Shown here: piece after piece, positions 1-11,278 of the stretch
Layout: every line of letters begins with the position of its first letter
Numbering within the stretch: position 1 is the first letter of the stretch
Assembly (NCBI GenBank): GCA_032718475.1
Contig: JAUCBJ010008095.1
Span: 1-64,000, forward strand
DNA from: Nemertoderma westbladi
Lineage: Eukaryota > Animalia > Xenacoelomorpha
DNA: 64,000 nt
Reading direction: 5' to 3'
Notes under the pieces: model-generated
What the model saw: the letters and a program-made list of their open reading frames with translations, nothing else
The model's database searches: none
Told to the model about the DNA's origin: nothing
Program-made: the position numbers and the translations under genes

Positions 1-170
1 AAGACGCTGTCATGAAGTACAATGACATTGGAAATGGATGGACGTTAGTAACAAGCTCAGCAGTAAGAAATTCGGCCAATGCATCAATTGGTGGAATAGG
101 AATTCTGCTAAGCCCATTTGCACTTAAGTACGGAGCCCCTAAAGGGACATGGGTTTCCCCCTTTTTTTTC

Positions 171-550
171 TAAGTCCGGCCCGGAGATACTATCTCAGGC
201 CCGGAGATACTAAGTCCGGCCCGGAGATACTATCTCAGGCCCGGAGATACTAAGTCCGGCCCGGAGATACTATCTCAGGCCCGGAGATACTAAGTCCGGC
301 CCGGAGATACTATCTCAGGCCCGGAGATACTAAGTCCGGCCCGGAGATACTATCTCAGGCCCGGAGATACTAAGTCCGGCCCGGAGATACTATCTCAGGC
401 CCGGAGATACTAAGTCCGGCCCGGAGATACTATCTCAGGCCCGGAGATACTAAGTCCGGCCCGGAGATACTATCTCAGGCCCGGAGATACTAAGTCCGGC
501 CCGGAGATACTATCTCAGGCCCGGAGATACTTCTCAGGCCCGGAGATACT
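171..550 (+). repeat. 40-bp tandem array in left arm of the MITE
   Basis: About 9.5 copies of TAAGTCCGGCCCGGAGATACTATCTCAGGCCCGGAGATAC (two related 20-mers). Confidence 0.95.
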
Positions 551-1075
551 CTGCCATCTCATACAGTTACTATAGTTTATGGGGTAGCCAATACTTCAAA
601 GCTGCTTGTCATACTCATATCATCTCATTCAGGCCTTTGTGAGTGACCGTGGCCTATTTGTTTCGGTTTACATACACCTCTGTTGCAGTTTAACTTTACG
701 CGGCTATTCAGCCATTGCCTCCAAATAATATGGAATGTTCTTATTATTGGTAGTTCATTTCTGTAGCCGTAGAAGGGTATTATCATTAAGTAAATGCCCG
801 TTGGTAGGTCGGCTTTTATTCAAAGGCACGGGGTCATGCCTCCCTCCAGATATGTAATTACTTTGTATTGTGCTGTGCTAACAATACTCTTGTGTCTCCA
901 TATTAAATATCTCACAAATTGAAATGTGAAACTTAATTTCCATGTTCCCGTCAAGATGTCTGTACTTGTAGAACAGCCATTGATCTGGAATTAACCCAGT
1001 TAGCTGATTGGCTGCAATTTGTTTCTGTTGATTGCTGTGTCAGCGCTATAACATCTATGAACCTGTTCTGTATTT

Positions 1076-1394
1076 TATCTCCGGGCCTGAGATAGTATCT
1101 CCGGGCCGGACTTAGTATCTCCGGGCCTGAGATAGTATCTCCGGGCCGGACTTAGTATCTCCGGGCCTGAGATAGTATCTCCGGGCCGGACTTAGTATCT
1201 CCGGGCCTGAGATAGTATCTCCGGGCCGGACTTAGTATCTCCGGGCCTGAGATAGTATCTCCGGGCCGGACTTAGTATCTCCGGGCCTGAGATAGTATCT
1301 CCGGGCCGGACTTAGTATCTCCGGGCCTGAGATAGTATCTCCGGGCCGGACTTAGTATCTCCGGGCCTGAGATAGTATCTCCGGGCCGGACTTA
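1076..1394 (-). repeat. Inverted 40-bp tandem array in right arm of the MITE
   Basis: About 8 copies, reverse complement of the 171-550 unit. Confidence 0.95.
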
Positions 1395-1751
1395 GAAAAA
1401 AAAGGGGGAAACCCATGTCCCTTTAGGGGCTCCGTACTTAAGACCCTAAACAACATCGAATCTATAAATTCCAGGGTTATGATCGCAACATTTGATGGGA
1501 ATCCCAAGGCAACAATTATATGTTGCTACAGTCCAACCAATGCCTCAGAGCCAGAACAAGCAGTCAAGTTTTATGAAGAACTGACTGGACTTATAAAGGA
1601 CATTTCGAGACACAATGTTAAAGTCATTGCTGGTGACCTGAATGCGCAAATTGGCCCAGAAGACATCAAGGGTTATACCTATAACACCAGTTCTAACAGA
1701 AATGGGTACTTACTTTTAGACCTAATGGTCATTGTAGGTGAGTTGTAGCCT

Positions 1752-3842
1752 GACTTACCTGACTCGTGCGGGTTCTATCAAATTCTGTGTGCAGCAAGAT
1801 ATGATGTTTCGTGCCGCACTTAGCGCACCTCGTGTCTGAGTAACAGGTCCGCCGTTGGTGTCCTTGTCTGAGACAATTATAACACAACCGCTTATCCCAC
1901 ATGACATCACGTCTATCCTTTAATGATTTCTTCAAGAATTCATCGCACCCACTCAGGCGATGGGGCCCGTCGCACAACGCACATTTGGGTTTGATGTTAC
2001 TTACCTTAACCTGTGTGGTGTTGTGCACACTTGTTCTTTCTTCGGGCTTTCTTCCATGAATTCTCTTAGGAGACGTGGGAGGAGTTTTTGTTACCTGTTC
2101 TCTCCTGTCACTGGTTCGAGACTTAGATTTACTTACGTCTTTCTGTGTTTTGTTGACATAATAAGATCTTTCGGTGTCTTTCCCGCTGTTCTCCTCAGGG
2201 GAGGTCTGGCTTTCGCTGTCGTCTGTATAACACACTGGTGTTACCTTTCTCCCAGAAACGGGTTTTTCACTCACCTTATTTTCCGGGGTCTTCTCTCGGG
2301 ACTGCTTTAGGAGCTGTAATCTTACCTCTCCATTCAAGAATGACATGAGATCAGCCATGGTAGGGTCTCATTGTTGCTAGTCCATCATATAGAGAACTCT
2401 TTTGTCCCAACAAGTACCTACTCCACCCTTTGGCAAAGTAGATGCTACGGCTCCAACAACCATGGAACTCTGATATTCATGAGACTTACCTAACCAATCT
2501 AGTTGTCTACAGATCTCCTGAATCTCATCGGAAAACTCTATAATCCTGCTGCTAAGGAACTTTCGGGGCGCTACTAATTTCGCATACAAATACCTAGCTA
2601 TGTTAGTCCTATTACCATACCTGATGTTTAGTGTATCCCAAACTTGTCTTAATCCCTCTGGATGTCCAATAAACTTTAACGCCATTAACTTGGGAGGTCC
2701 TTCCAAGCACTCGATGAGGAATCTAAGTTTCTCTCCATTAGATAGTACAGAGTTCTGTATGTTATCTTTATAATATTCATTAAAAGGTAACCATTTCATC
2801 TCATCTCCATTGAACTTGACGATCTCTCCCACCTTTACCGCTTGACGGGCTTCGGTTCTAGCCATTTGACGCGTAAAACTTTCTTGGGCCATCGTATTAT
2901 TTAATATCGAATTATCAGTATATAAATTTCTCGGATTATGATTAGGTCTATATGGAATATCATTATCAACATGTTTATAATGCTTATAATGCTTATAATG
3001 TTTAACATGCTTACTAGGGTTCACTATAGGAGTTTCTACTTCACTAGCAGTATAGATGCGTGTAGGCTCCACACCTTGCGCATGAAATACTTCAGACCTA
3101 ACAGGTTGACACATTGTTACAGGGGGTGGTGGTATACCCAATTGTATCTTTACTAATTTATCGCGTTCTAATGCGATACTCTGCTGCAAATCTTGCAACT
3201 CTAACCTACCCTCTCTTACTGTTCCCTTTAACTGCTGAACAGTCCCTTCCAACTCCCGGACCTGCTGGGAGGAACATATGCGATGTTCCCTCAGCTGCCC
3301 GAGCAGGAGACCCATCTCCCGCCATCCCTCATCCACCCACTCTACCGCCGAAGCGGGAGCCACCAACATAGTAGCGGGCAGACGAGGGACAACGGGAGAC
3401 AAATCGTTGATGTCTCGCTCGGTGTCCAGGACTGGGACTGATTCAGGAGCTGTTCTTCTGGGCACAGGAAGTTTAGTACTGTGCAAAGGGAATTTAGAGT
3501 TAGGTTCTGGAAGTACAGGGGTCTCTATCACAGAGGGGGTGGCTTCGAGAACAGGCCTAATTATTTCAGGTTCATCTACTATAGTAGAGACTCTAATAAT
3601 TCGGTCTGTAGGCTCAGGATTACTTAAGTCTACACTAGCTAGTTGCCTTCTCACAGCCGGAGGCAAATTAGGCAACTTCTGCCGGTGTGGCGCTCTTCTA
3701 CGTCCGCTGGAACAAGATTTATTTCCTCTACCTTCAGGATCTGTTGTATCGCCTTCATCAGAGGATGTAAATCCCTGTCTTCTGGGAGTAGATCGACTCA
3801 GCATCTGCATCTGAGTAGCTGTTCTCTGTTTATTTAAGTAAT
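1752..3842 (-). pseudogene. BEL-A: BEL/Pao gag fragment (same family as BEL-B/D)
   Basis: ORFs 2377-3810 and 1729-2358 are highly similar to BEL-B/D gag, with BEL-type triple Cys/His knuckles (CALCDGPHRLSGC, CYNCLRQGHQRRTC, CAKCGTKHHILLH). One in-frame stop near 2377. Cut on the right by the BEL-B LTR. Confidence 0.9.
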
Positions 3843-4995
3843 TGTTCGCGCTTTCAGACCTTTAGCAGTTTAACCTGCCAATTTTAGGTGTCCTCTTGTT
3901 TATACGTCGACTTTAGCCTATAACAATTATTTAGTACACATGAAGTAACATTAGCCGAAACCAGTCTATGCGCGATCATTCACCCACTGTTAAGGGAGAC
4001 TGGATTCGGGTGCTTTGAAGTTATTGCGTTGCAGACCTACTGTATTATTCGATTGATTGTTACTATATGATCTCTGACAATATATTTACTTTCGGGGAAA
4101 TATTAACAGTTCCTTTTAGGACGTGGCGCTTTAAGTATAAAAACAGAGTTATGACTTATACTAAACACAACGGGATGGCTACTGAGTTTCGTAAATAGCG
4201 CATTCTTTAGGAGATGCTTTATTATCTGTCACACCACTTCACACTACTTTACACTGATCTGCAGACCGTCACTGAATTTGATCACATATAGGGAGGATAG
4301 CAACTGACACATGTAGGGCTTATGAAATATCATCTAATTCACATAAAAACCACTATAATGTAAGTCGCAATTGCTACAGGTAACCGGTCCCTCTTACCTT
4401 CAGTAATCAAGAAGATTGGGGTTTTATGATTATTTATCGTTATTCTCCAAATATATCAGCAATATATCCATATACAACAATTAATAACAGAAGTAAAATA
4501 ATGCGGTGAACAATCAGTATATGTTACTTATACAAGTCAGTTCAGCAGTTTTGGATTGATATGATATGACCCGATATGTGCCCAGATAATAGATTTATGT
4601 TCTTGTAATCAAAGCCATCTAATGTTGGCCAAAGTCTGAAACTTCCACAACAGAAGTACAGAAGATTTCCAAGCCGGTTCTGCTGCTCGGAAAAAAGACC
4701 GTCATGCATTGCGCAGTTTTCCACAGGCCTCTGTAGAAGTAAAATGAAAATCGCTCTGATTGGCTGAGCAGAACAAAGAAAGGTTCCACGTTGGCAGTAA
4801 ATCAGCTGACAGATTTCGTCATCTGAGCTACAATCTTTTAGAGTATTAAGCGAATTGCGGCAAAATGGCTTGTTATGTCTGCTAAAGCACACATACAGAC
4901 ATAGCGGGTAAAGATGACTTGTTATGTCCGCTAAAAGCACCTACATGGTACATTGCGGGTAAAAATGACTTGTTATGTCCGCAAAAGCTTTTACA
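3843..4995 (-). repeat. BEL-B 3' LTR (1153 bp)
   Basis: Minus strand TGTAAAAGC...GAAAGCGCGAACA, preceded by PPT-like CTGGAAGCGG; matches 21007-21782. Three ~50-bp repeats at ~4857-4990. Confidence 0.9.
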
Positions 4996-5658
4996 CCGCT
5001 TCCAGAAAATGGGATTTAATTCTATAAAATATAACAAATCACAGTTTCTAAAATATAAAAATACTCTAAACAGTTAGTCCTTCTTACGTGAACGGTGTTT
5101 ACGCAGGTTTTTGAGGCTAGCAAGAGTCTTTTTCTCTTTGGGGCGAGCCACTTTACTAGGAGGGCTATAACTCCTGGGTGAAGGGTGCAATACAATTGCA
5201 TTGGAAGGTTTAGGGTTACGGTCGGTGTATCTGCCAGTCGAGGTACCCGGTTGATCGATATCAACCTCAGTGGAATGAGGTTGAACAACCTTCAGGGCGC
5301 GTTTCAAGACAGCAGCTCTTACTGGTCCCTGACGGGTCGTTTGCACGAGAGCGGTAGGTTGACCGTGTGTAGTGAGAAATTTCCTCGGTTTGATGGTTCT
5401 TTCCAACTCGCGTTCTCGGGCTCTATTGGAATCGATATGCTTCTCCTCGCGCTGATTTTCCTCTGCTTGTCGTTGGAAGCATTCATCCAAAACTCTTGCA
5501 GAGAGTAGGGTCGTCCAAGTTCGATATCTTCTTCGAGATTCTGGATTTCCTGATCGGACTGAGGTAAAGCTAATTATTTTACCGCTTGGACTTGCTGCTG
5601 CAATTTACGTTTATCTAAACAATCGTTTAAATCCGCAAAAAAAAAACCGCATCTTAAA

Positions 5659-8074
5659 CAAGGGTTACACCTATAACACCAGTTCTAACAGAAATGGGTA
5701 CTTACTTTTAGACCTAATGGAAGAATGTGAATTGATACCAACAAACAACACATTCGAAAAGAGTAAGGGGAAGCTATGGACCTTTCAATACCCTAATGGA
5801 ACCAAAGCACAACTGGATTACATCCTTATAAACAAAAAGTGGAGAAATAGCATGATCAACTGCGAGGCATACAGCTCGTTCAACCTAATTGGTTCGGACC
5901 ACAGAATTGTGACTGCAGAGATCAGACTCAGTTTGAGAGCCAGAAAACCCAGGACAAACAAGTAAATCAACTATGACTGGGAGAAACTCAGAACTGACAA
6001 TGTTGTAAAGGATGCTTATACAGTAGAAGTTCAAAACCGCTTTGAAGCACTTCAGTCAATGGATGAAGACCAATCCACCGATTCAATATACCAGAATATA
6101 ATAACAGCCCACAAGGAATCAGCTAAGAGGCATATCCCCCTGAAACCTAAACGAAAACAGCATGTGCCATGGCAAAACTCTGAGGTTACTTGTAAGAGAG
6201 ATGATCTTAAGATAGCCTACAAAGTTAAAACCGAACAACCAACAACCGAACACATTAACAAGGTTGAGAAAGCTAAGGACGATCTTAAATTGGCCTACAA
6301 CATCAGCCAGGAAAAGTACATACAGGATAAAACTGAAGCAATTACAACTGCTCACATACAGCAACAATCAAGACTTACCTGGCAAACTGTAAATGAGGTA
6401 TCTGGTCGTAAAAGTTGTGCAAAGGGGCGCCTCAAAGCCGATAGCCCTGAAGAACGTGTTGGGAAGTGGAAAAGTCACTTCAGCAACTTGCTTGGGCAGC
6501 CACCAAACATCGAGGTCAGCCCTACAAGGAAAATATATGACAAGACACTACCTATAGAAACAGGGGACTTCACACCTGCCGAACTCCAAAGAAGCATTAA
6601 AAGCATGTCCAATAATAAAGCGAGTGGATTAGATGAAATCCCAGCGGAGGTATGGAAAACCGGAGTGCTAAATAGACCATTATTGAATGTTTGCAACCGG
6701 ATGTTAAAAGGGGAAAAGCCACCACCAATTTGGACTAAAGGTCAACTAAAGCCTCTCCCCAAGAAAGGAGACCTCGGCATACCAACAAACTATCGTGGGA
6801 TCTGTCTGCTTGTGGTAGCTGCCAAAATATACAATAAAATGATTCTATATAGGATTAGGCCTCACATAGAGAAACTACTGCGTAAGAGCCAAAACGGATT
6901 TCGACCAAGTAGATCAACAATAGCTCAGATACTTGCACTACGGAGACTGATTGAAGGAATTAAGTCAAAGAATCTCCCCGCAGTCATGACTTTTGTGGAC
7001 TTCAAGAAGGCATTCGACTCCATCCATAGAGGTAAAATGCTTGAAATCCTAAGAGCTTATGGAATACCAGAAGTAATTGTTGCTGGCATTGGATTGTTAT
7101 ATTGTGACACAGAAGCGCAGGTACTCTCACCAGATGGTGAAACGGAGTTTTTCTCAATCCTGGCTGGCGTACTGCAAGGTGACACATTAGCACCATTACT
7201 ATTTGTAATTGTGCTGGATTACGCAATGAGGACGGCCACAAAGGGTGAAGATCTGGGATTCACACTTCAAGAACGCAGAAGTAGTAGATATCCGGCAACT
7301 ACAGTCACAGACACCGACTTTGCGGATGACATCGCCCTGCTCTCTAATACGCTAGCAGATGCACAGCTTCTACTAAATAAAGTGGAGAGGGCTGCTAAGG
7401 AGGTTGGATTGCATATCAATGCTACCAAGACCGAATTCATGACCTTTAATGTTGATGGAAACTTGACAACCATTGATAATAATCAACTAAGGAAGGTCGA
7501 TGACTTCCAGTACCTTGGATCATGGATAGAGAGTAGCAAAAAGGACATAGAAGTTAGGAAAGCAAAGGCTTGGGTAGCTCTATCAAAAATGGATACCATC
7601 TGGAAATCAGATCTCTCCAGGCACCTGAAGACTAAGTTCTTTCGAGCCACAGTGGAAAGTGTATTTTTATACGGGGGTGAGACCTGGACACTGACTAAAT
7701 CACTTGAACAACGAATTGATGGTTGCTACACAAGACTACTAAGGGCAGCCCTAAACATCAGCTGGAGACAACATATGACAAACGCCGAGCTTTATGGTAC
7801 AATACCACCTGTATCAACCACCCTCCGTGAACGCAGATTAAGATTCAGTGGGCACTGCTGGCGAAGTAAAGACGAGGTCATACCAGATCTACTTCTCTGG
7901 CAACCAACTCATGGGAAGCGTAGTCGTGGACGACCTGCCATAACATATATAGATCAACTTGAAAGGGATACTGAACTTGGGAGAAACGAAATTGCGACAA
8001 CTATGGAGAATCGGGAAGCCTGGAAGGATCTCATTTACACTGTCCGAGTTCGCTCGACCTAGTAGTAGTAGTAG
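5659..8074 (+). mobile_element. RTE-clade LINE (5'-truncated) with (TAG)n tail
   Basis: APE C-terminus (QLDYIL, SDHRIV) plus RT (QNGFR, DFKKAFDS, GVLQGD, FADD, YLGS) and RTE-type C-terminus (HCWR...RGRP). TSD TAAACAATCGT at 5616-5626 and 8075-8085; 32-bp filler at 5627-5658. Confidence 0.93.
5717..8062 (+). pseudogene. RTE endonuclease-reverse transcriptase ORF, one in-frame stop at 5963-5965
   Basis: ORFs 5717-5965 and 6059-8062 are in the same frame. Confidence 0.9.
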
Positions 8075-10477
8075 TAAACAATCGTAGGTTCCTTTTCCAA
8101 TCTTTTGTCGAATAGTGTCTAACGCGTTTCGTACAACGCTCTCCTCCACCTCAGGGACGGGTTGTATCGTGTTAAACCGGGACGATTATACGGGTTGAAC
8201 GGCGATATTAGATGTCCGCATCACAATCCGGCTAGGTAAGATGGGCGAATATCTAGGGAGCCCACAACCAGAGTGCCACCGACTAATCGTTCGGGTAACA
8301 CTAGATCTTTGAACAATGAGTGCAGTTCAGGAGGATCCGTGATACTATTAGGATCAAGAGTCTGAGGTCTCACCAGGGAATAAGGAGGTCTGACCGAGTA
8401 TTCCGGAACTCTGATCATAGATTTATTTAAGGATCGTTTGAGTCGAGCGAGCGTAGGTGATACATCGAATAAGTTTCGCTCGAAACTCCCGTAAGTATAG
8501 CGAGTAAAACTGTGTTTAGCGCAACGTCTCCGCGGATGTTTACGTCTTTCCGTTTGTTGGTTGGGTCTAGGGCATTCATCGTAATAATACCAAAGACGCA
8601 CGTCTTGTAGGGGAAACGTGGGTGATCTTTCTCCAGTTTTACAATGTTTCTCTCAAGAATTCCAAATATACGTTGAAGTCACTACGTTTATCCGGTTCTT
8701 TAACGTCTTCTCTTTCGAGTCGATTTCGAATATAATTTTTCGTGTTCGATTTCAGTTTTTCATTCCGACTCCGCTGGGTATGATATTTAAATAGGATCAT
8801 TTCACTTTCGGTGTCTACATCGTCCGTATCGTGTAAATCGATAGGAGGGCCAGTAGTTAAGAAGTCCATATACGTACCATTACGATGCGTATAGCGAGTG
8901 GTTAATTTTCTATGTCCAATTCACGCGTGAGCTGTTCCTTTGACATTGGCGGTTCGATATGATGGCCATCGTCCTCTGTAGCAGGTTGACTAGCGTCGCC
9001 GCGTATTAAACTATCTACAAACGCTTGCAATGGTAGGGTATATCGCTCCCTGATACCAAGATCATCTTCTATCAACTCAGTCATAGTTGCTATATGAGTT
9101 TATCGATATTATAATTAATTATAATTAGGCTAGCGGTCGTCGCTGCCTCCCCTCAATGCCCCCGGACAGCGCAAGCTCCTCAGCGCTAATATACTGTCGC
9201 TGCTGTGTCTCTCGCCAACATAGTAGCTACACAACGACGACAACAACCAGCGCAAGTCACTCCACTGTCCGTCCCAAGGGCTTAGATTTACTTCAGGTTC
9301 TTGCTACAGAGGTAGACAACTGTGACTCGCTACTGTAAACACACTTTAGTAGTAACATTCACCTATAAACACACAAATTCCACACAACTGTCTCAAATTG
9401 TACACATTTGGGCCATTTGTCCATTAGTCAAATGCCTTCCAGAATGCCACGTTATTATTATGTATCCCTGGATACTAGCAGTGTGCTATTTATTCCGTAT
9501 GCTATTCAATGGGCAAGCTTTTATTGTTCTTTTAACTCGCTTCTAATTCTAGCGTGGTTGTTGCTATGGTGACATTATGGAAAGCTAGCAGTAGAATTAG
9601 GGTAATTCTCATGCATACAGATCTGGGATGCTATTTAATAGTAATTCTTTAATTGTCAATATTCCCCCTTATACATGATTTTATGAATTTTATCGGCTAT
9701 TGACTATATATTGGAGATTCTCGCACACTAATATACTTAATAGGGTGAATCTCCGCTCCCATGATCTATTAATTAATGGAATTTTGGGAATGTTATAAAT
9801 GGCATAAAATGACAATTTATCAAATTCATGAGAGGATATGAATTTAAATTTATTCCTGTAAATTTTACTATTTAAGATTAAAATAGACACAATTTTATTC
9901 CAGAACATGTCTGGGGACTAGGATCCTTAATTCTAGGAAATTTTTCCTTTTAAGCGTATCGGTGAGTGCTACGATATATTAATCGACTAGAATTTTTAAA
10001 GGATCTGAATTTTAACAGATTTGGATTTATAGATTTTCTAGAGTTAACTTGTAAGTATTTACTCTATTATATTTGTTTTGACAGATTTTTTGTAAATATT
10101 AAATAATTAATATTTAAGATGGGCACCGAATTATTCCAGAACTTGTCTGGGGACGTTAACCACTGATTCTAGAATTTTGTCTTTCAAGTATATCGGTGGG
10201 TGCCACGATATCTTAATCGACTAGAATTACAGATGGTCAAAGGGATTAAAAGATTTATTTTGCGTTTTACGCTACTGTTAAAGGGACATCACGCTACTAT
10301 ATGTATTATTTAATATACGGTATGCGAGCAATATTGCAAGAAGCAATGTCAGTGAGAAGAGGCAAGTCGTTTCCAAGGTCTACCCAGAGCTTGGTTTAGC
10401 CGAGACACGAGGATCTGAACTTTGCATTCCTAATACTCTACTTACCAATAATACTTGAATATAGTAGGAGCTTTATT

Positions 10478-10975
10478 GTGGGGCGAGCCACGAAGTTGGC
10501 GGAGCCTTAGCGAATTGACACTGTTAGGGGGTGGGTCAATTTATGCAAATAGTTGTCGTCGTTGTCGTCGTCGTCGTCGTTGTCGTCGTCGTCGTCGTTA
10601 CGATTTTGACATGCTAATAACTTTGTCGGATTTAAAGCTGCCAAGTTGAAAATTTGTAGGTATCAATATGAGCAAAAGTTGAGATTTTTGAGAGACTTTC
10701 AGACACCATCAGTGCAATGGTCTCCCGCTAGAGGGCCACATGTCTAAACATTAAATGCCCTCCCATTTCTTTGCTTTTAATCCGTTTAAGCTGAAACTTG
10801 GCAGATATGTATTAGACCATTAGCTGTGACTTTCAAAGGAGGCGAATCCATCTGCAGTTCTTCAGTCTGCCGCTAGAGGGCCAACGTGACTATTTGCATA
10901 AATTGACCTACCCCCTAACAGTGTCAATTCGCTAAGGCTCTGCCAACTTCGTGCTGCGCGAAGTCCCCACTTCGT
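10478..10975. mobile_element. Non-autonomous element, Helentron-associated (HINE/DINE-1-like) or MITE
   Basis: Absent at the homologous BEL-D site (~48155-48170). 65-bp inverted repeats at 10489-10553 and 10889-10953; (GTC)n microsatellite at 10554-10598; no clear TSD, compatible with T^T insertion. Confidence 0.7.
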
Positions 10976-11278
10976 GTACTTTAATAAGTACGGACATTTC
11001 ATCTTACTGTAGTCACGTATTTATAATATGATACGGACAGTAAGGAAAGAGAAAAAGAATTATTTCTCGCCATTGCACTAAATATATAATATAAGTAATT
11101 AAGTAATAAACGCGAATATATATATTGCACTAATCTACTAAATAATCGCTAAAATAACATTCTACTAAATAAAATTAAAGAAAACGATTATAATAAAATT
11201 ACATAATAATACATACATAAATATAAAATAATAAAAAAAATATAAAATAATGTAGTCACACACCCACTCCGTACGTTA

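Larger units (their letters stand above)
129..1436. mobile_element. Non-autonomous foldback DNA transposon (MITE), IS3EU-like termini
   Basis: TIRs start TACGGAGCCCCTAAAGGGACATGGG and end CCCATGTCCCTTTAGGGGCTCCGTA. Flanked by CTTAAG (123-128, 1437-1442); excision restores the RTE frame. Superfamily inferred from TAY...RTA ends plus 6-bp TSD; the palindromic target also allows a TTAA or TA TSD. Confidence 0.85.
1..1728 (+). pseudogene. RTE-clade non-LTR retrotransposon, apurinic-endonuclease (APE) region, interrupted by a MITE and broken at 1728
   Basis: Frame from base 3 (DAVMKYNDIGNGWTLVTSSAVRNSANASIGGIGILLSPFALK) continues in frame after removing the MITE and one CTTAAG (TLNNIESINSRVMIATF...CYSPTN...IAGDLNAQIG...NRNG); these are APE motifs. 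Its last 62 bp match the start of the RTE at 5659. Confidence 0.85.
5074..9084 (-). pseudogene. BEL-B accessory ORF3 (unknown function), frameshifted and split by an RTE insertion
   Basis: Starts MTELIEDDLGIRERY and ends ...LRKHRSRKKD, as does BEL-D 54858-56318. Removing the RTE plus one TSD gives a continuous frame KGTYDCLDKRKLQQQVQ...RVLDECFQRQAEE. Confidence 0.75.

Noticed and set aside
1729-5658. 3.9-kb insert retrotransposed into the RTE with a 62-bp TSD
   Set aside because: Its right end is continuous with BEL-B beyond the RTE (11-bp TSD, ORF3 frame preserved), so it is local flank rather than a foreign insert.
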